Below are positions 1 to 9,600 of a stretch of DNA of 64,000 nucleotides, one piece after another. Origin of the DNA: a virus. Lineage: Duplodnaviria > Caudoviricetes. The notes beneath the pieces were generated by a model. That model was not told the DNA's origin and did not search any database. It was given only the letters and a program-made list of their open reading frames with translations. The stretch is taken from the IMG/VR virus record IMGVR_UViG_3300037422_000298. One strand, 5' to 3'. How positions within the stretch are numbered: position 1 is the stretch's first letter; every line of letters begins with the position of its first letter. Both the position numbers and the translations under genes were made by a program.

Positions 1-135
1 GAACGTCTTGTCGTACCGGATGTTCCACACCCGTCGCGCAACCCAGTTCGGATCCGGATCGCTGTTGGGACTGTTGGAAGTTGCCCCCGTCGACGACGGC
101 ACGGAGGATCCTGGGAACGGGATGACGTTCGACAT
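1..135 (-). CDS. partial CDS (N-terminus MSNVIPFPGSS...), runs off the window edge
   Basis: ATG at 135 with GAGG SD upstream; open frame to position 1. Confidence 0.6.
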   Translation of the reverse strand, partial: MSNVIPFPGSSVPSSTGATSNSPNSDPDPNWVARRVWNIRYDKTF

Positions 136-195
136 GATCCTCTAGAGGCTCGTGGCCCTGTGCGAGTTGTGAGCGTTCGCGATCGGCTTCATGTT

Positions 196-438
196 CTATC
201 CCGCCGCCGCCTGTCGACGCTTGCGTTGCGTCGCCTCCACCTCGAACCGATCAAAGACGGTCCGTCCAAGAACACGACGGCCTGTCAAGAGGCCTTCGCT
301 TCGCATCCGCCAGACGGTCGCGACCGAGACGGCAAGTGCAGTAGCCACCTGTTCGGCCGTCATCAGGTTGTCGATGTTCTTCGTGCGACTGATGTGTCTC
401 ATGGGCTTCATCGCACGCTGAGCGTGTTCGCGCATCAC
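196..438 (-). CDS. small helix-turn-helix DNA-binding protein (excisionase/MerR-like)
   Basis: LMTAEQVATALAVSVATVWRMRSEGLL...GRTVF pattern typical of HTH_17/Xis proteins; start uncertain. Confidence 0.75.
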   Translation of the reverse strand: MMREHAQRAMKPMRHISRTKNIDNLMTAEQVATALAVSVATVWRMRSEGLLTGRRVLGRTVFDRFEVEATQRKRRQAAAG

Positions 439-541
439 TACACGTCCACATGTCGCTCGTCAAGTTCTTGCCGGATGCCGCGCCGGGATCTCTCGTCGAG
501 AAATGAGGAGGATCGGGAGGATCGCGATCGAAGATCAGAGC

Positions 542-562
542 TTATTCACAGGCTGTGGATTT
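542..562. promoter_or_regulatory. pair of inverted DnaA-box-like 9-mers
   Basis: TTATTCACA-ggc-TGTGGATTT in a divergent intergenic region, with 7 GATC between 487 and 596. Confidence 0.4.
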
Positions 563-622
563 GCGTGCTCGACGGGAGCGATCTCAACGCACGATCGCGT
601 GTGACGTTGGCGCGTGATTGAC

Positions 623-651
623 TTGACAGATTCGCAGCGGCCACCTAGCGT
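623..651 (+). promoter_or_regulatory. sigma70-like promoter of the replication operon
   Basis: TTGACA-17 bp-TAGCGT upstream of the helicase start. Confidence 0.6.
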
Positions 652-678
652 GCCAGGTGCAGAGCTAGGGGTTTGACA

Positions 679-2472
679 ATGAGAGCACGGGCAGCGGCCC
701 AGGCGGCGGAGAGCGCCGTCGTCCTGACCGCGCATCCAAAACGACGCGACTGGTACGCGATTCCGACGGCATGGGCCCCGGAAATCGCGGTTGCGCCGTC
801 GATCGGCTACGACCCGAAGTTCGGGGCGCTTGCCCACCGATCGCATCTGCCGTTGCTCGCGAAGAACCACCCCGAGGTCGAAAATTTTTTGGCCGAGTGC
901 GGATCGCGTGAGCGACTGGAAAGTAATCGCAGCAGCGATCGCGCCAATTTCGACGCGACAACGGAACCTAACGGTTGGAAATTACGTAACTATCAGCACG
1001 AGGGCCGTGAATTCATCCGCGCCCGGCGCGGCACGCTACTCGCGGACGCGATGCGTGTCGGCAAGACCGGTCAGGCGATCAGCTCACACGATCCCGAGCT
1101 GGGTCCGATGCTCGTCGTCGCACCGCTCGCGACACGTGAGGTCTGGCTGTCGTGGTTTCGTCGACGCTGGCCTGATGTTCGTCCAGTCGTTCTGAACGGT
1201 CGGACGATCAACAAGACCGATCCCAAGAAACCGGCCCGCCCTCGTCGAGACCGCGGTTTCGATCTTCTCGAAGGTGCGCGATTCGATCCGACGGTGCTCG
1301 CCGACGCGAAGTTGATCTTCTGCAACTACGACATCGTCGGTGCATGGAAGGATCTCAACGGTCGACGTATCGGCACGCTCGTGTTCGACGAGATCCATCT
1401 CGTCTCGGAGCGCGTCTCGCGCCGCGCGGAAGCCGTCACGTTTATCTCGAACATCGCCGAGCGCGTGATCGCCGCGACGGGAACGCCGATCTGGAATAAG
1501 CCGTCGGGGTTGTTCACGACGTTGTCGTGCATCGCGCCTGCGGCCTTCGGCAAGTTCTTCGACTACGCCGTGCGCTACTGCAACGCGCATCCCGGTTCAC
1601 ACGGCTACATCTACGACGGTTCCTCGAACGAAGAGGAATTCAAGCAACGCATGTCGGAAGTCATGATCCGACGTACGTGGCAGGACGTCTCCGGCGAGCT
1701 GCCCGCGATCGAACGCTCCGTCGAAGCAGTTGTCCTCAGCGAGACCCAGCAATTCGAGATCGAGAAGGAAGCCGAGCGTCTTCGCGATCACAAAAAGCGC
1801 GCGACCGCGATCGGTGTCATGGCGCGGTTTCGACGTCTGTTGGCGAGGCACAAGGTTCCTGTCGCCGTCGACGCCGCACGTCGGATTCTTCAGAGCGGCG
1901 AAAAGGTCGTCATCTGGTCGTGGCACCGCGACGTCGCGCTGACGATCGAAGAGAAGCTCGCCAAGGAAGGGTTTCCAGGCGTCGTCGTCTCCGGCTCGAC
2001 GCCAATGAGCACGCGCGAGGACATCTTTGATCATTGGCGGAGATACCCAGAACCCGCACCACTCTGCGTCACGCTGTCGGTTGGTCAGGTCGGCATCGAT
2101 CTCAGCGCTGCACGGCACACTGTATTCGCCGAGCTGGACTTCACACCGTCGGTGGTCGCGCAGGCAGAGATGCGCACGTTCTCGCCGCTGCGCCCGATGG
2201 CCGCGACGTACATCATCATCGACGACGACATCGATCGGAGCATCCTCGCCGCACTTCAAGACAAGTGCGACGTCGCCTTCCGTATGGGTGTTCCTGCGGC
2301 CGAGTCAACGATCGGTGTGCTCGCAGCTGCGTTCGCACGGATCACCGACGGCCCCGACGATTTCGAGGCGCTTGCCAAGGCGATCATGATGGATCACCCC
2401 GACCTCGATGGCGACGGCGACGATGACTACCACGGCGCGCTGTGGGACTACGACTGGGAGAAGGGCACGTGA
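679..2472 (+). CDS. SNF2-like superfamily 2 helicase
   Basis: LRNYQ Q-motif, LADAMRVGKT Walker A, DEIH, ATGTP, C-terminal GQVGIDL...QAEMR. Confidence 0.9.
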   Translation: MRARAAAQAAESAVVLTAHPKRRDWYAIPTAWAPEIAVAPSIGYDPKFGALAHRSHLPLLAKNHPEVENFLAECGSRERLESNRSSDRANFDATTEPNGWKLRNYQHEGREFIRARRGTLLADAMRVGKTGQAISSHDPELGPMLVVAPLATREVWLSWFRRRWPDVRPVVLNGRTINKTDPKKPARPRRDRGFDLLEGARFDPTVLADAKLIFCNYDIVGAWKDLNGRRIGTLVFDEIHLVSERVSRRAEAVTFISNIAERVIAATGTPIWNKPSGLFTTLSCIAPAAFGKFFDYAVRYCNAHPGSHGYIYDGSSNEEEFKQRMSEVMIRRTWQDVSGELPAIERSVEAVVLSETQQFEIEKEAERLRDHKKRATAIGVMARFRRLLARHKVPVAVDAARRILQSGEKVVIWSWHRDVALTIEEKLAKEGFPGVVVSGSTPMSTREDIFDHWRRYPEPAPLCVTLSVGQVGIDLSAARHTVFAELDFTPSVVAQAEMRTFSPLRPMAATYIIIDDDIDRSILAALQDKCDVAFRMGVPAAESTIGVLAAAFARITDGPDDFEALAKAIMMDHPDLDGDGDDDYHGALWDYDWEKGT

Positions 2473-2666
2473 ACAAAAAAGAAATCCATCGTGGTTGTGG
2501 CGGCGACGTCGAGACGATCTATCGCAAACAAGATCTCGACGGCGATGGTGTACGCCGCATGCACCCCGAGTACGAGTGCGATTGTTGTGGATGGATCGCG
2601 CCTAGCGAGGTGCAGATCGTCGACGGCGAATCGAAATACCCCAAGGCCAGGATGATCCATCCATGA
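2469..2666 (+). CDS. small Cys-containing (zinc-ribbon-like) hypothetical protein
   Basis: GTGA overlap with upstream stop and ATGA overlap downstream; HRGCGG...CDCCG. Confidence 0.6.
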   Translation: MNKKEIHRGCGGDVETIYRKQDLDGDGVRRMHPEYECDCCGWIAPSEVQIVDGESKYPKARMIHP

Positions 2667-4942
2667 ATCTCAACGGCGGTAACGATCTGATCAGCCTCAT
2701 GCCGCGCGAAGACATCCGCGGCGTCGACGACGCGTTCAACGAGATCTTCGATCGCCACAAGATGGATCGTCTTGGCGGCGCCTCCGGTCGCGGCTGGTCG
2801 TCGTACGCGACGTTCCAACGTTGCCCGTATCTCTACAAGGTGACGTACATCGACGGTCAGCGCGGAACGGCCGCGCCTGCACTCGAAACTGGATCGATCT
2901 TCCACACGTTCATGGCACTCCACTATTTGTGGATGCTCGACGAGAACCTCTCGCTCACGCCTGACGTGTGCCGCGAAGAGCTGATGGTCAGCGGCGTTCG
3001 CGTCGAGTCGATCATCGCTGGCTGGCGTTGCTACGACTCGTACCGTATGCACTACGAAGCCGACTATCTGTACCCACTCGCGATCGAGGCGTGGGCTCAA
3101 GGCGATCGCGGCAACACATGCCGCTACGACTTGATCGCGCACATCGAGGAGCCCCAGCCCGGCATCGTGCCCGGCACCTGGATCATCGAGCACAAGTGCC
3201 TCCACGCCGACGAGAAGATCTTCGACTACACGACGGGCGAGCTGCTGACGATCGCCGAGCTGGCCGCACGCAAGCAGGAACCTGTCGTGCTCGCGTACGA
3301 TGAGACGACACGGCGTATGGTCAAGACGCGCGCGGGCGCGCCCACACCGACGACGGTCCGTGACGTCTATGAAGTCGTGCTCGAATCCGGTCGCCGTCTA
3401 CGCACGTCCGATAACCATCCGTTCCTGACCGCGCGTGGCTGGGTACCAGCTGCAGCGCTCACGCGTGAGGACTGGGTCGCGCTCGCGCCATCGACGCGCG
3501 GATGGGAGCAGCTCGGCAAGTACACCGACGCGCAAGTCGAGTTCGTCGGGTTCATGCTCGGCGACGGCTGCATGACCAACGGCAAGTTCACGAACACGAA
3601 CGAGGCGATCCTCGAACGCTTCAAGGACGTCGCGACTACCATCGGCGCCAAGCCGACGCTTCTACGGAGCGAAGATCGCGCTCCGACGGTGACCACTTCG
3701 ACGGCTACCGACGGTCCGGCGCGAGCACTTCTCGACGAGCTTGGGCTGTCAGAGTGTCTCGCCGCGACGAAGTTCGTTCCTGATCAACTCTTGGAGTGTC
3801 CGGATCGCCAAGTCGAGATCCTGCTCGGCGCGCTCTGGAACACGGATGGTTGCGTCGACACGTTCGACGAAATCAAGCTAGGCAGCGACGGGCAGCAACC
3901 GCGCCAAAACAAAATCCGCATCGCGTACGTCTCGCGGAGCCGCGCGCTCTGCGACGGCGTACAGACACTCCTACAGCGTTGCGGCATCCCGTCGACAGTC
4001 ACCGAGTCCTCGGTGGAATACGACGGTGAACGTCGTGACGTCTATACGACGAAGGTCGTGACGCGCGAAGGCAAGCGCCGTTTCCTCAAGGCAATTGTCG
4101 ACGGGCGCATCCCGTTCCTCAAGTACGACATCAAGCCCGCCATCGACATGATCAAGCCCGGCGACGATGCATACGTACCGTCGGCGTACATCAAGCATCA
4201 CGTCCCCATCGAGGACCAGCCTGGTGCGCTGCGGCAGCAACTCAAGAACCGCGCCGTCGAGCGCGAAACGCTCAAGAAGTACTACGACAAGAAGCCGAGC
4301 GAAGCGCTCAAGCGCGTCATCGACGCCGACCTTGCCTGGGACCGCGTGAGTCACGTCGTCGTTAGCGATCGCGCGATGATGTACGACATCACGGTCCCGC
4401 GGGCGCACAACTTCGTCAGCAACGGGATCATCACGCACAACACGGCCTCGCGTTTCACCGCCGACCTCCTCGAAGGCTGGCACAACGACGGCGAAATCTT
4501 GGGCCAGATCATGGTCTGGAAGCAGGCCAAGCTCGACAAGAAGTACGGCAAGCTACGCGGCACGATCGTCAACATCGTCGGCAAGCAGAAGATCCCACAG
4601 TTCCAACGCGTGATCGTCCCGGCGCAACGTTGGCACGTCAGCGGCCACGACGAAGACCTCAAGGTCTGGGCGGCGCTCCAAGAGATGTATCGCGCGACGA
4701 ACACGTGGCCCAAGGCGCGTAACAACTGCGTGCATCGCTACGGGCTGTGTCAACTCTTTCAGCACTGCTCGTCGAATGAAAAACTCACGCCGCTTCGGCA
4801 ACTCGAAAAGGCCGTGAAGTCCGCAAGGTCTGAGCAGTCAGCGATCGCAGCAGCGACTGAGTCGCCGTTGGGACTTGCATCTGTATCGACTCCGAGTGAT
4901 ATGGCAAACGGCGCAGCAGCTGCCGTGACCGAGAGCGAATAA
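2663..4942 (+). CDS. Cas4/RecB-like PD-(D/E)XK exonuclease containing an intein
   Basis: N-terminal Cys (QRCPY), RYDLI...IEHK|T nuclease motif, C-terminal CxxxxxxCxxxxxC cluster. Confidence 0.85.
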   Translation: MNLNGGNDLISLMPREDIRGVDDAFNEIFDRHKMDRLGGASGRGWSSYATFQRCPYLYKVTYIDGQRGTAAPALETGSIFHTFMALHYLWMLDENLSLTPDVCREELMVSGVRVESIIAGWRCYDSYRMHYEADYLYPLAIEAWAQGDRGNTCRYDLIAHIEEPQPGIVPGTWIIEHKCLHADEKIFDYTTGELLTIAELAARKQEPVVLAYDETTRRMVKTRAGAPTPTTVRDVYEVVLESGRRLRTSDNHPFLTARGWVPAAALTREDWVALAPSTRGWEQLGKYTDAQVEFVGFMLGDGCMTNGKFTNTNEAILERFKDVATTIGAKPTLLRSEDRAPTVTTSTATDGPARALLDELGLSECLAATKFVPDQLLECPDRQVEILLGALWNTDGCVDTFDEIKLGSDGQQPRQNKIRIAYVSRSRALCDGVQTLLQRCGIPSTVTESSVEYDGERRDVYTTKVVTREGKRRFLKAIVDGRIPFLKYDIKPAIDMIKPGDDAYVPSAYIKHHVPIEDQPGALRQQLKNRAVERETLKKYYDKKPSEALKRVIDADLAWDRVSHVVVSDRAMMYDITVPRAHNFVSNGIITHNTASRFTADLLEGWHNDGEILGQIMVWKQAKLDKKYGKLRGTIVNIVGKQKIPQFQRVIVPAQRWHVSGHDEDLKVWAALQEMYRATNTWPKARNNCVHRYGLCQLFQHCSSNEKLTPLRQLEKAVKSARSEQSAIAAATESPLGLASVSTPSDMANGAAAAVTESE
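3197..4441 (+). mobile_element. intein with LAGLIDADG homing endonuclease (415 aa)
   Basis: starts CLHAD, block B TSDNHPF, GFMLGDG and GALWNTDG motifs, ends ITHN followed by Thr. Confidence 0.92.
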
Positions 4943-4968
4943 CAAACCAAAGAGCAGGGAGAGCAAGC

Positions 4969-5856
4969 ATGCGCGTCATAGATGTATCAAAACCGGAGAA
5001 GCTGCAGCGGATCACCGCGCTGTCTTACGGCGCATCCCGCAGTGGCAAAACGCGCTTCGCGGGCAGTTGGCCACGGCCGCTGTTTCTCGCCGACGCGACC
5101 GAATCCGGCTGGACCACGCTGAGCAACATGGATCCAGCGATCCTGTTCGAGGCAGGTCGCGCACCGACTGTGTGGGCGATCGAGAAGGTCCAAGACATGT
5201 TTCAGGCGATCAAGGACAGCGAGCCGCTACTCAAACGCGGCGACGTCCACACGATCGTCATCGACTCGCTCACGTTCTACTCGGATCTGTTCTTCAACTA
5301 CGCCGAGCGCGTCGGCGGCGTGAAAGATCCGCGACAGCTCTACCAGAAGCTCGCCGCGCACCTCAAGGAGCTGCGCGAGCAGGTTCACCTACTCGGCTGC
5401 AACGTCGTGTGGCTCTGCCTCGCCAAGGATCCGGGCGAAGAGCAGCCGGTCGGCGGTCCGATGCTGTCGGGGCAGAACGCGGCGAAGTTCGCCGCGGGAT
5501 GCGACTACGTGCTCTACCACCGGAGCCACCAACAGACGTCGACGTCGCCGCTGCAGTGGGAAATCCGTACGAGGAAGTACCAGAACTACGCGGCGGGCGG
5601 TCGCGATGAAGGACGCCTTCCCGATCCGCTCGGCTACGTCACGAGCACCGACGAAGGGAAAGAACTGTTCGTTCCCGACTGCACGTACCGCACGCTCGCC
5701 GAGTCGCTCGGCATTATTCAGCCAGTCGCTGTTGCGACTGCACCAGTCGAAACAGTCGCTCCAGCGACTGCGTCGGCTCCCAACGGTAAGGGCACGACCT
5801 CATCGCGCCCGACACCGTCATCCGCTGCTCAACCGGGGCGATCCACGCCCCGGTAG
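4969..5856 (+). CDS. AAA_24/Sak4-like phage ATPase (single-strand annealing recombinase)
   Basis: YGASRSGKT Walker A, TIVIDSLT Walker B; lies between the exonuclease and the SSB. Confidence 0.8.
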   Translation: MRVIDVSKPEKLQRITALSYGASRSGKTRFAGSWPRPLFLADATESGWTTLSNMDPAILFEAGRAPTVWAIEKVQDMFQAIKDSEPLLKRGDVHTIVIDSLTFYSDLFFNYAERVGGVKDPRQLYQKLAAHLKELREQVHLLGCNVVWLCLAKDPGEEQPVGGPMLSGQNAAKFAAGCDYVLYHRSHQQTSTSPLQWEIRTRKYQNYAAGGRDEGRLPDPLGYVTSTDEGKELFVPDCTYRTLAESLGIIQPVAVATAPVETVAPATASAPNGKGTTSSRPTPSSAAQPGRSTPR

Positions 5857-5890
5857 CTGTAACCGCAACCAAAGCTAGGGAGAGAGTCAA

Positions 5891-6484
5891 ATGGCAGAGT
5901 ACGTCGATCTCATCAGCATGAACCTGAACGACCCGAACCTCCGTCCGAACGACGGCGGGTTCCAGGCTGTCGAGCCCGGAACCTACGAGTTCGAGATCGA
6001 GAAGCAGGCGACCGGCACCAGCAACGCTGGCAACAACGTCCTGAAGATCACCGGTCGCGTCGTCGGCCCCGAGGGCAACCCGATGATGGGTCGCACGATG
6101 GTGAACCCGTACACCATCCAAGACACCGACTTCGCGCGCGGTCGCATGTTGTCGTTCCTCAATGGCTGCGGCGCACCGATCGATCAGAACGGCTCGTTCT
6201 CGCGCGACGCGCTCGTCGGACTTCGCTTCGAGGCGGATGTCGAGAAGCGCGCGGGCACGACCGTCGACAAGATGGGCAACGAGGTGAGCCGCGACTTCAC
6301 ATCGTGGGTTCGCGAGCGCCCGGTGGGCAGTGGCCCCGCTGTCGTCGTGCCGCAGCAAACGCAGCAGCAGCAGACGCAGCAGGCCGCACCGCCGAAGGCG
6401 CCCGCGAACACCTCGACGGGCAACGCTCCGCGTCGTCCGCAGGCGCCGCCCAACGGCAACGGTCAGCGTCGTCCGCAGCAGTAG
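5891..6484 (+). CDS. DUF669-like phage single-stranded DNA-binding protein
   Basis: GFQAVEPGTYEFEI...SNAGNNVLKI pattern, low-complexity Q/P tail, synteny with Sak4. Confidence 0.7.
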   Translation: MAEYVDLISMNLNDPNLRPNDGGFQAVEPGTYEFEIEKQATGTSNAGNNVLKITGRVVGPEGNPMMGRTMVNPYTIQDTDFARGRMLSFLNGCGAPIDQNGSFSRDALVGLRFEADVEKRAGTTVDKMGNEVSRDFTSWVRERPVGSGPAVVVPQQTQQQQTQQAAPPKAPANTSTGNAPRRPQAPPNGNGQRRPQQ

Positions 6485-6532
6485 TTCAGGCTCACGCCGC
6501 AATCAAACCGATCATGCGCACACGTGTGGTCG

Positions 6533-6582
6533 GCCCGCGGGCTCGTAAGAGTGCAACGTAGGTTCGAACCTGCGCCGCGGAC
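6533..6582 (+). ncRNA. possible tRNA-like mini structure (three-way junction)
   Basis: CCGCGG/CCGCGG closing stem, GCTC-GTAA-GAGT hairpin, CGTAGG-TTCGAA-CCTGCG T-arm-like hairpin. Confidence 0.35.
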
Positions 6583-6629
6583 TTCGTCGTCTCAAGACCA
6601 AAACCAACCGCACCAGGAGTGCAGTTCCG

Positions 6630-9600
6630 ATGATCGAACCCTCACTGACCGAGATCTCGCAGAGCATCCTCGCCAAGCGGTATCTGATCCGCAACGCACA
6701 GAAGGAAGTCGTCGAGACCCCGAAGGGTCTTTTTCAACGTGTCGCCAGGGCTATCGCATCCGTCGAGCAGGGTCCTGCCGAGCGCGAGAAGTGGGAATCG
6801 ATCTACTACACGATGATGGCCTCGTGCGACTTCGAGCCGAACACGCCGTGCCTCGTCAACGCGGGTCGTCCTGACGGCACCGGCCAGCTCAGCGCGTGTT
6901 TCGTGATCCCGGTGCACGACTCGATGGACGGCATCTTCACCGCACTGCACCACGCCGCGATGATCTTCAAGAGCGGCGGCGGCGTCGGCTACTCGTTCTC
7001 GCGCCTTCGCCCCGAGGGCGACTTCGTCGCCAGCACCTCTGGCATCGCGTCGGGACCGTGCTCGTTCATGGAAGTCTTCGACTTCGCCACCGAGCGCATC
7101 AAGCAAGGTGGTGTGCGCCGCGGCGCGAACATGGGCATCCTGCGCATCGATCACCCCGACATCCTGCGGTTCATTCGACTCAAGCAGGATTCTGCGAAGA
7201 TGCAGAACTTCAACGTGTCGGTCGCGATCACCGACGCGTTCATGCTCGCGCTCGAAGCGGGCAAGGACTACGACCTCGTGCATCCGACGAGTGGCAACGT
7301 CGTCGGGCAGCTGAACGCGCCGACCGTGTGGCGCGAGATCGTTCACTGTGCACACGTGATCGGCGACCCGGGGCTGTTCTTCATCGATCGCGTGAACGCT
7401 GCCGATCCATTGAGCGCTGCGCTCGGTCCGATCGAAGCAACTAACCCTTGCGGCGAGGTGCCGCTTCGTCCCTTCGACGCGTGCTGCCTCGGTTCGATCA
7501 ACCTCGCGAAGTTCTACGTCGAGAAGCAGAACGGCAACGCGCGACACAGCAACGTGACGCTGCGCCACGGGTCGATCGATTTCGATCGGCTGCAGAAGAC
7601 CGTCACGAACAGCGTGCGCTTCCTCGACAACATGCTGTCGATCAACAGGTACCCGATCCCCGAGATCGCAGATGTCACTTCGAAGTGTCGCAAGATCGGC
7701 CTCGGTGCGATGGGCTGGGCCGATCTTCTGATCCAGCTCGGCATTCCGTACGGTTCACCCGAAGCGCGTGAGCTGGGCGGTCACGTACAGAAGCTCGTCA
7801 ACGGTTGGGCCGTCGATGCGAGCGAAGGCCTCGCCGAGGAGCGCGGCCCGTTCCACTACTGGGACGTCTCCACGTGGAAGAAGAATGGCGACAAGCCGCG
7901 CCGTCACTCAACGGTCTCCGTGATCGCGCCAACTGGAACGATCAGCATGATCGCCGGTTGTTCGTCGGGCATCGAGCCGCTGTATGCGCTTTCGATGACG
8001 CGCGAGCAAGCAGGACTGTCACTTCAAGAAGTCAGCCCGCTCGTCGAGAAGATCGCCAAGCGCGAAGGTTTCTGGTCGGATCAGCTCGCCGAGAGCGTTC
8101 GCCAAACGGGCTCGCTCAAGACCGCCCCCGGCGTCCCGGATCACTGGCGCGCAGTGTTCGCGACCGCGAACGAGCTGGACATGGAAGCCCACGTCGGCAT
8201 GCAGGCCGCGTTTCAAGCACACGTCGAGGACGGTGTCAGCAAGTGCCTCGCGGCAGGTACGCTGCTGCCGACATCGCGTGGCCTCATGCGCATCGAGGAC
8301 TTCTCGACCGTCGAAAGCGACGACACGTTTGTCGCACTCGATGGCAGCATCACGACCGGAGGTCATCGCATCGTGCAGCACTACCGTGCGGGGCTCAAAC
8401 CGTCGACGCGTGTCGTGTTCGACAGCGGCGCGCAGCTCGTCGGAGCGACAGCCTCACATCGCGTGATGACGATCGACGGCTGGAAGCTCATGAGTGAGCT
8501 ACGTCCCGGCGACAAGGTCATTGGACGGTTCGAGGAGTCACACAGCGCGGGCAGCGAGCCGCTCGACGGTGACGACACGTGGCGCACCAACGCCAAACAG
8601 ATTCCGTTCCCGAAATACATGAGTCCGAGCCTTGCCGAGTGGCTCGGCATGTTGTGCGCCGACGGACACATCATCGAGTCGACAGGTAACGTCGGTCTCA
8701 CGTGCGCAAACGATATCGTCGAACAACGCTTCATCGATCTGTCGCAGCTTCTCTTCGACATCACGCCGCGCGTGACGCGCGACGACCGTACCGAGAACGT
8801 TCGCTACGTCTCAATCACGTCTCGCAATCTCGTTCGGCGCGTGCATAGCCTCATCGGTTCTGGCGCGTACGGCAAGCACGCGCCAGACGCGATCCTTCGC
8901 GGCAGCTCGATCGAGAAGCGCGCGTTCCTTCGTGGCATCACGCTCGATGGATTCATCACGGACGATCACGGCCTCTGTGTCTATGGCGGCATGTCTGAGA
9001 CGCTTGCGTACCACGTCGCGGAGATCTGTCGTAGCTTCGGCTTGCCGAAGGTCTACCAAGGTTCGAAGACGGTCGTTGGCGCATCGTTGCCAGGGGCACG
9101 CTGCTACAACGTCTACGTCAGCGGTCTAATGCAGGCGCAGATCGACTGCGTCGAGCCACACAAGAACCGCGCGCCAGCCGACGTCTCGTGGTCAGTGCAC
9201 GTCGATCGCGAGATGGTCGAACGTACGACGGTTCCCGTCGACCACCCCAACTACGGCGCGCTGCGCAGCCTCAAGCAGGACACCTCACGGCGGTACTGCA
9301 CAAGCCGTGTCGCTGAAGTGTTCAGCTGGCCGACTGATCGGATCGTTCTGACGGCTCGGTCTGTCGAAGACGCCGGGCTGGTCGAGCTATACGACGTCGA
9401 GGTCGAGCATTCACACGAGTACGTCGTCAACGGTGTGGTCTCGCACAACACTGTCAACCTGCGTAACGCGGCAACCGAGACGGACGTCGAACAGGCGTAT
9501 CTCGCGGCATGGCAGAAAGGCTGCAAGGGCATCACCGTCTATCGCGACGGTTGTCGAAGCGGTCAAGTGCTCACGGCCGGTGTTGCTGTCAAGCCTGCCG

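Noticed and set aside
196-438. Prophage integration module
   Set aside because: The Xis-like HTH has no integrase or att site visible in this window, and no host genes flank the region.
2663-4942. Cas4-like gene as evidence of a CRISPR-Cas locus
   Set aside because: No repeat-spacer array or other cas genes; the context (Sak4, SSB) indicates a phage recombination exonuclease.
6520-6600. Canonical tRNA gene
   Set aside because: A T-arm-like hairpin is present but there is no proper D/anticodon arm or CCA; kept only as a tRNA-like structure.
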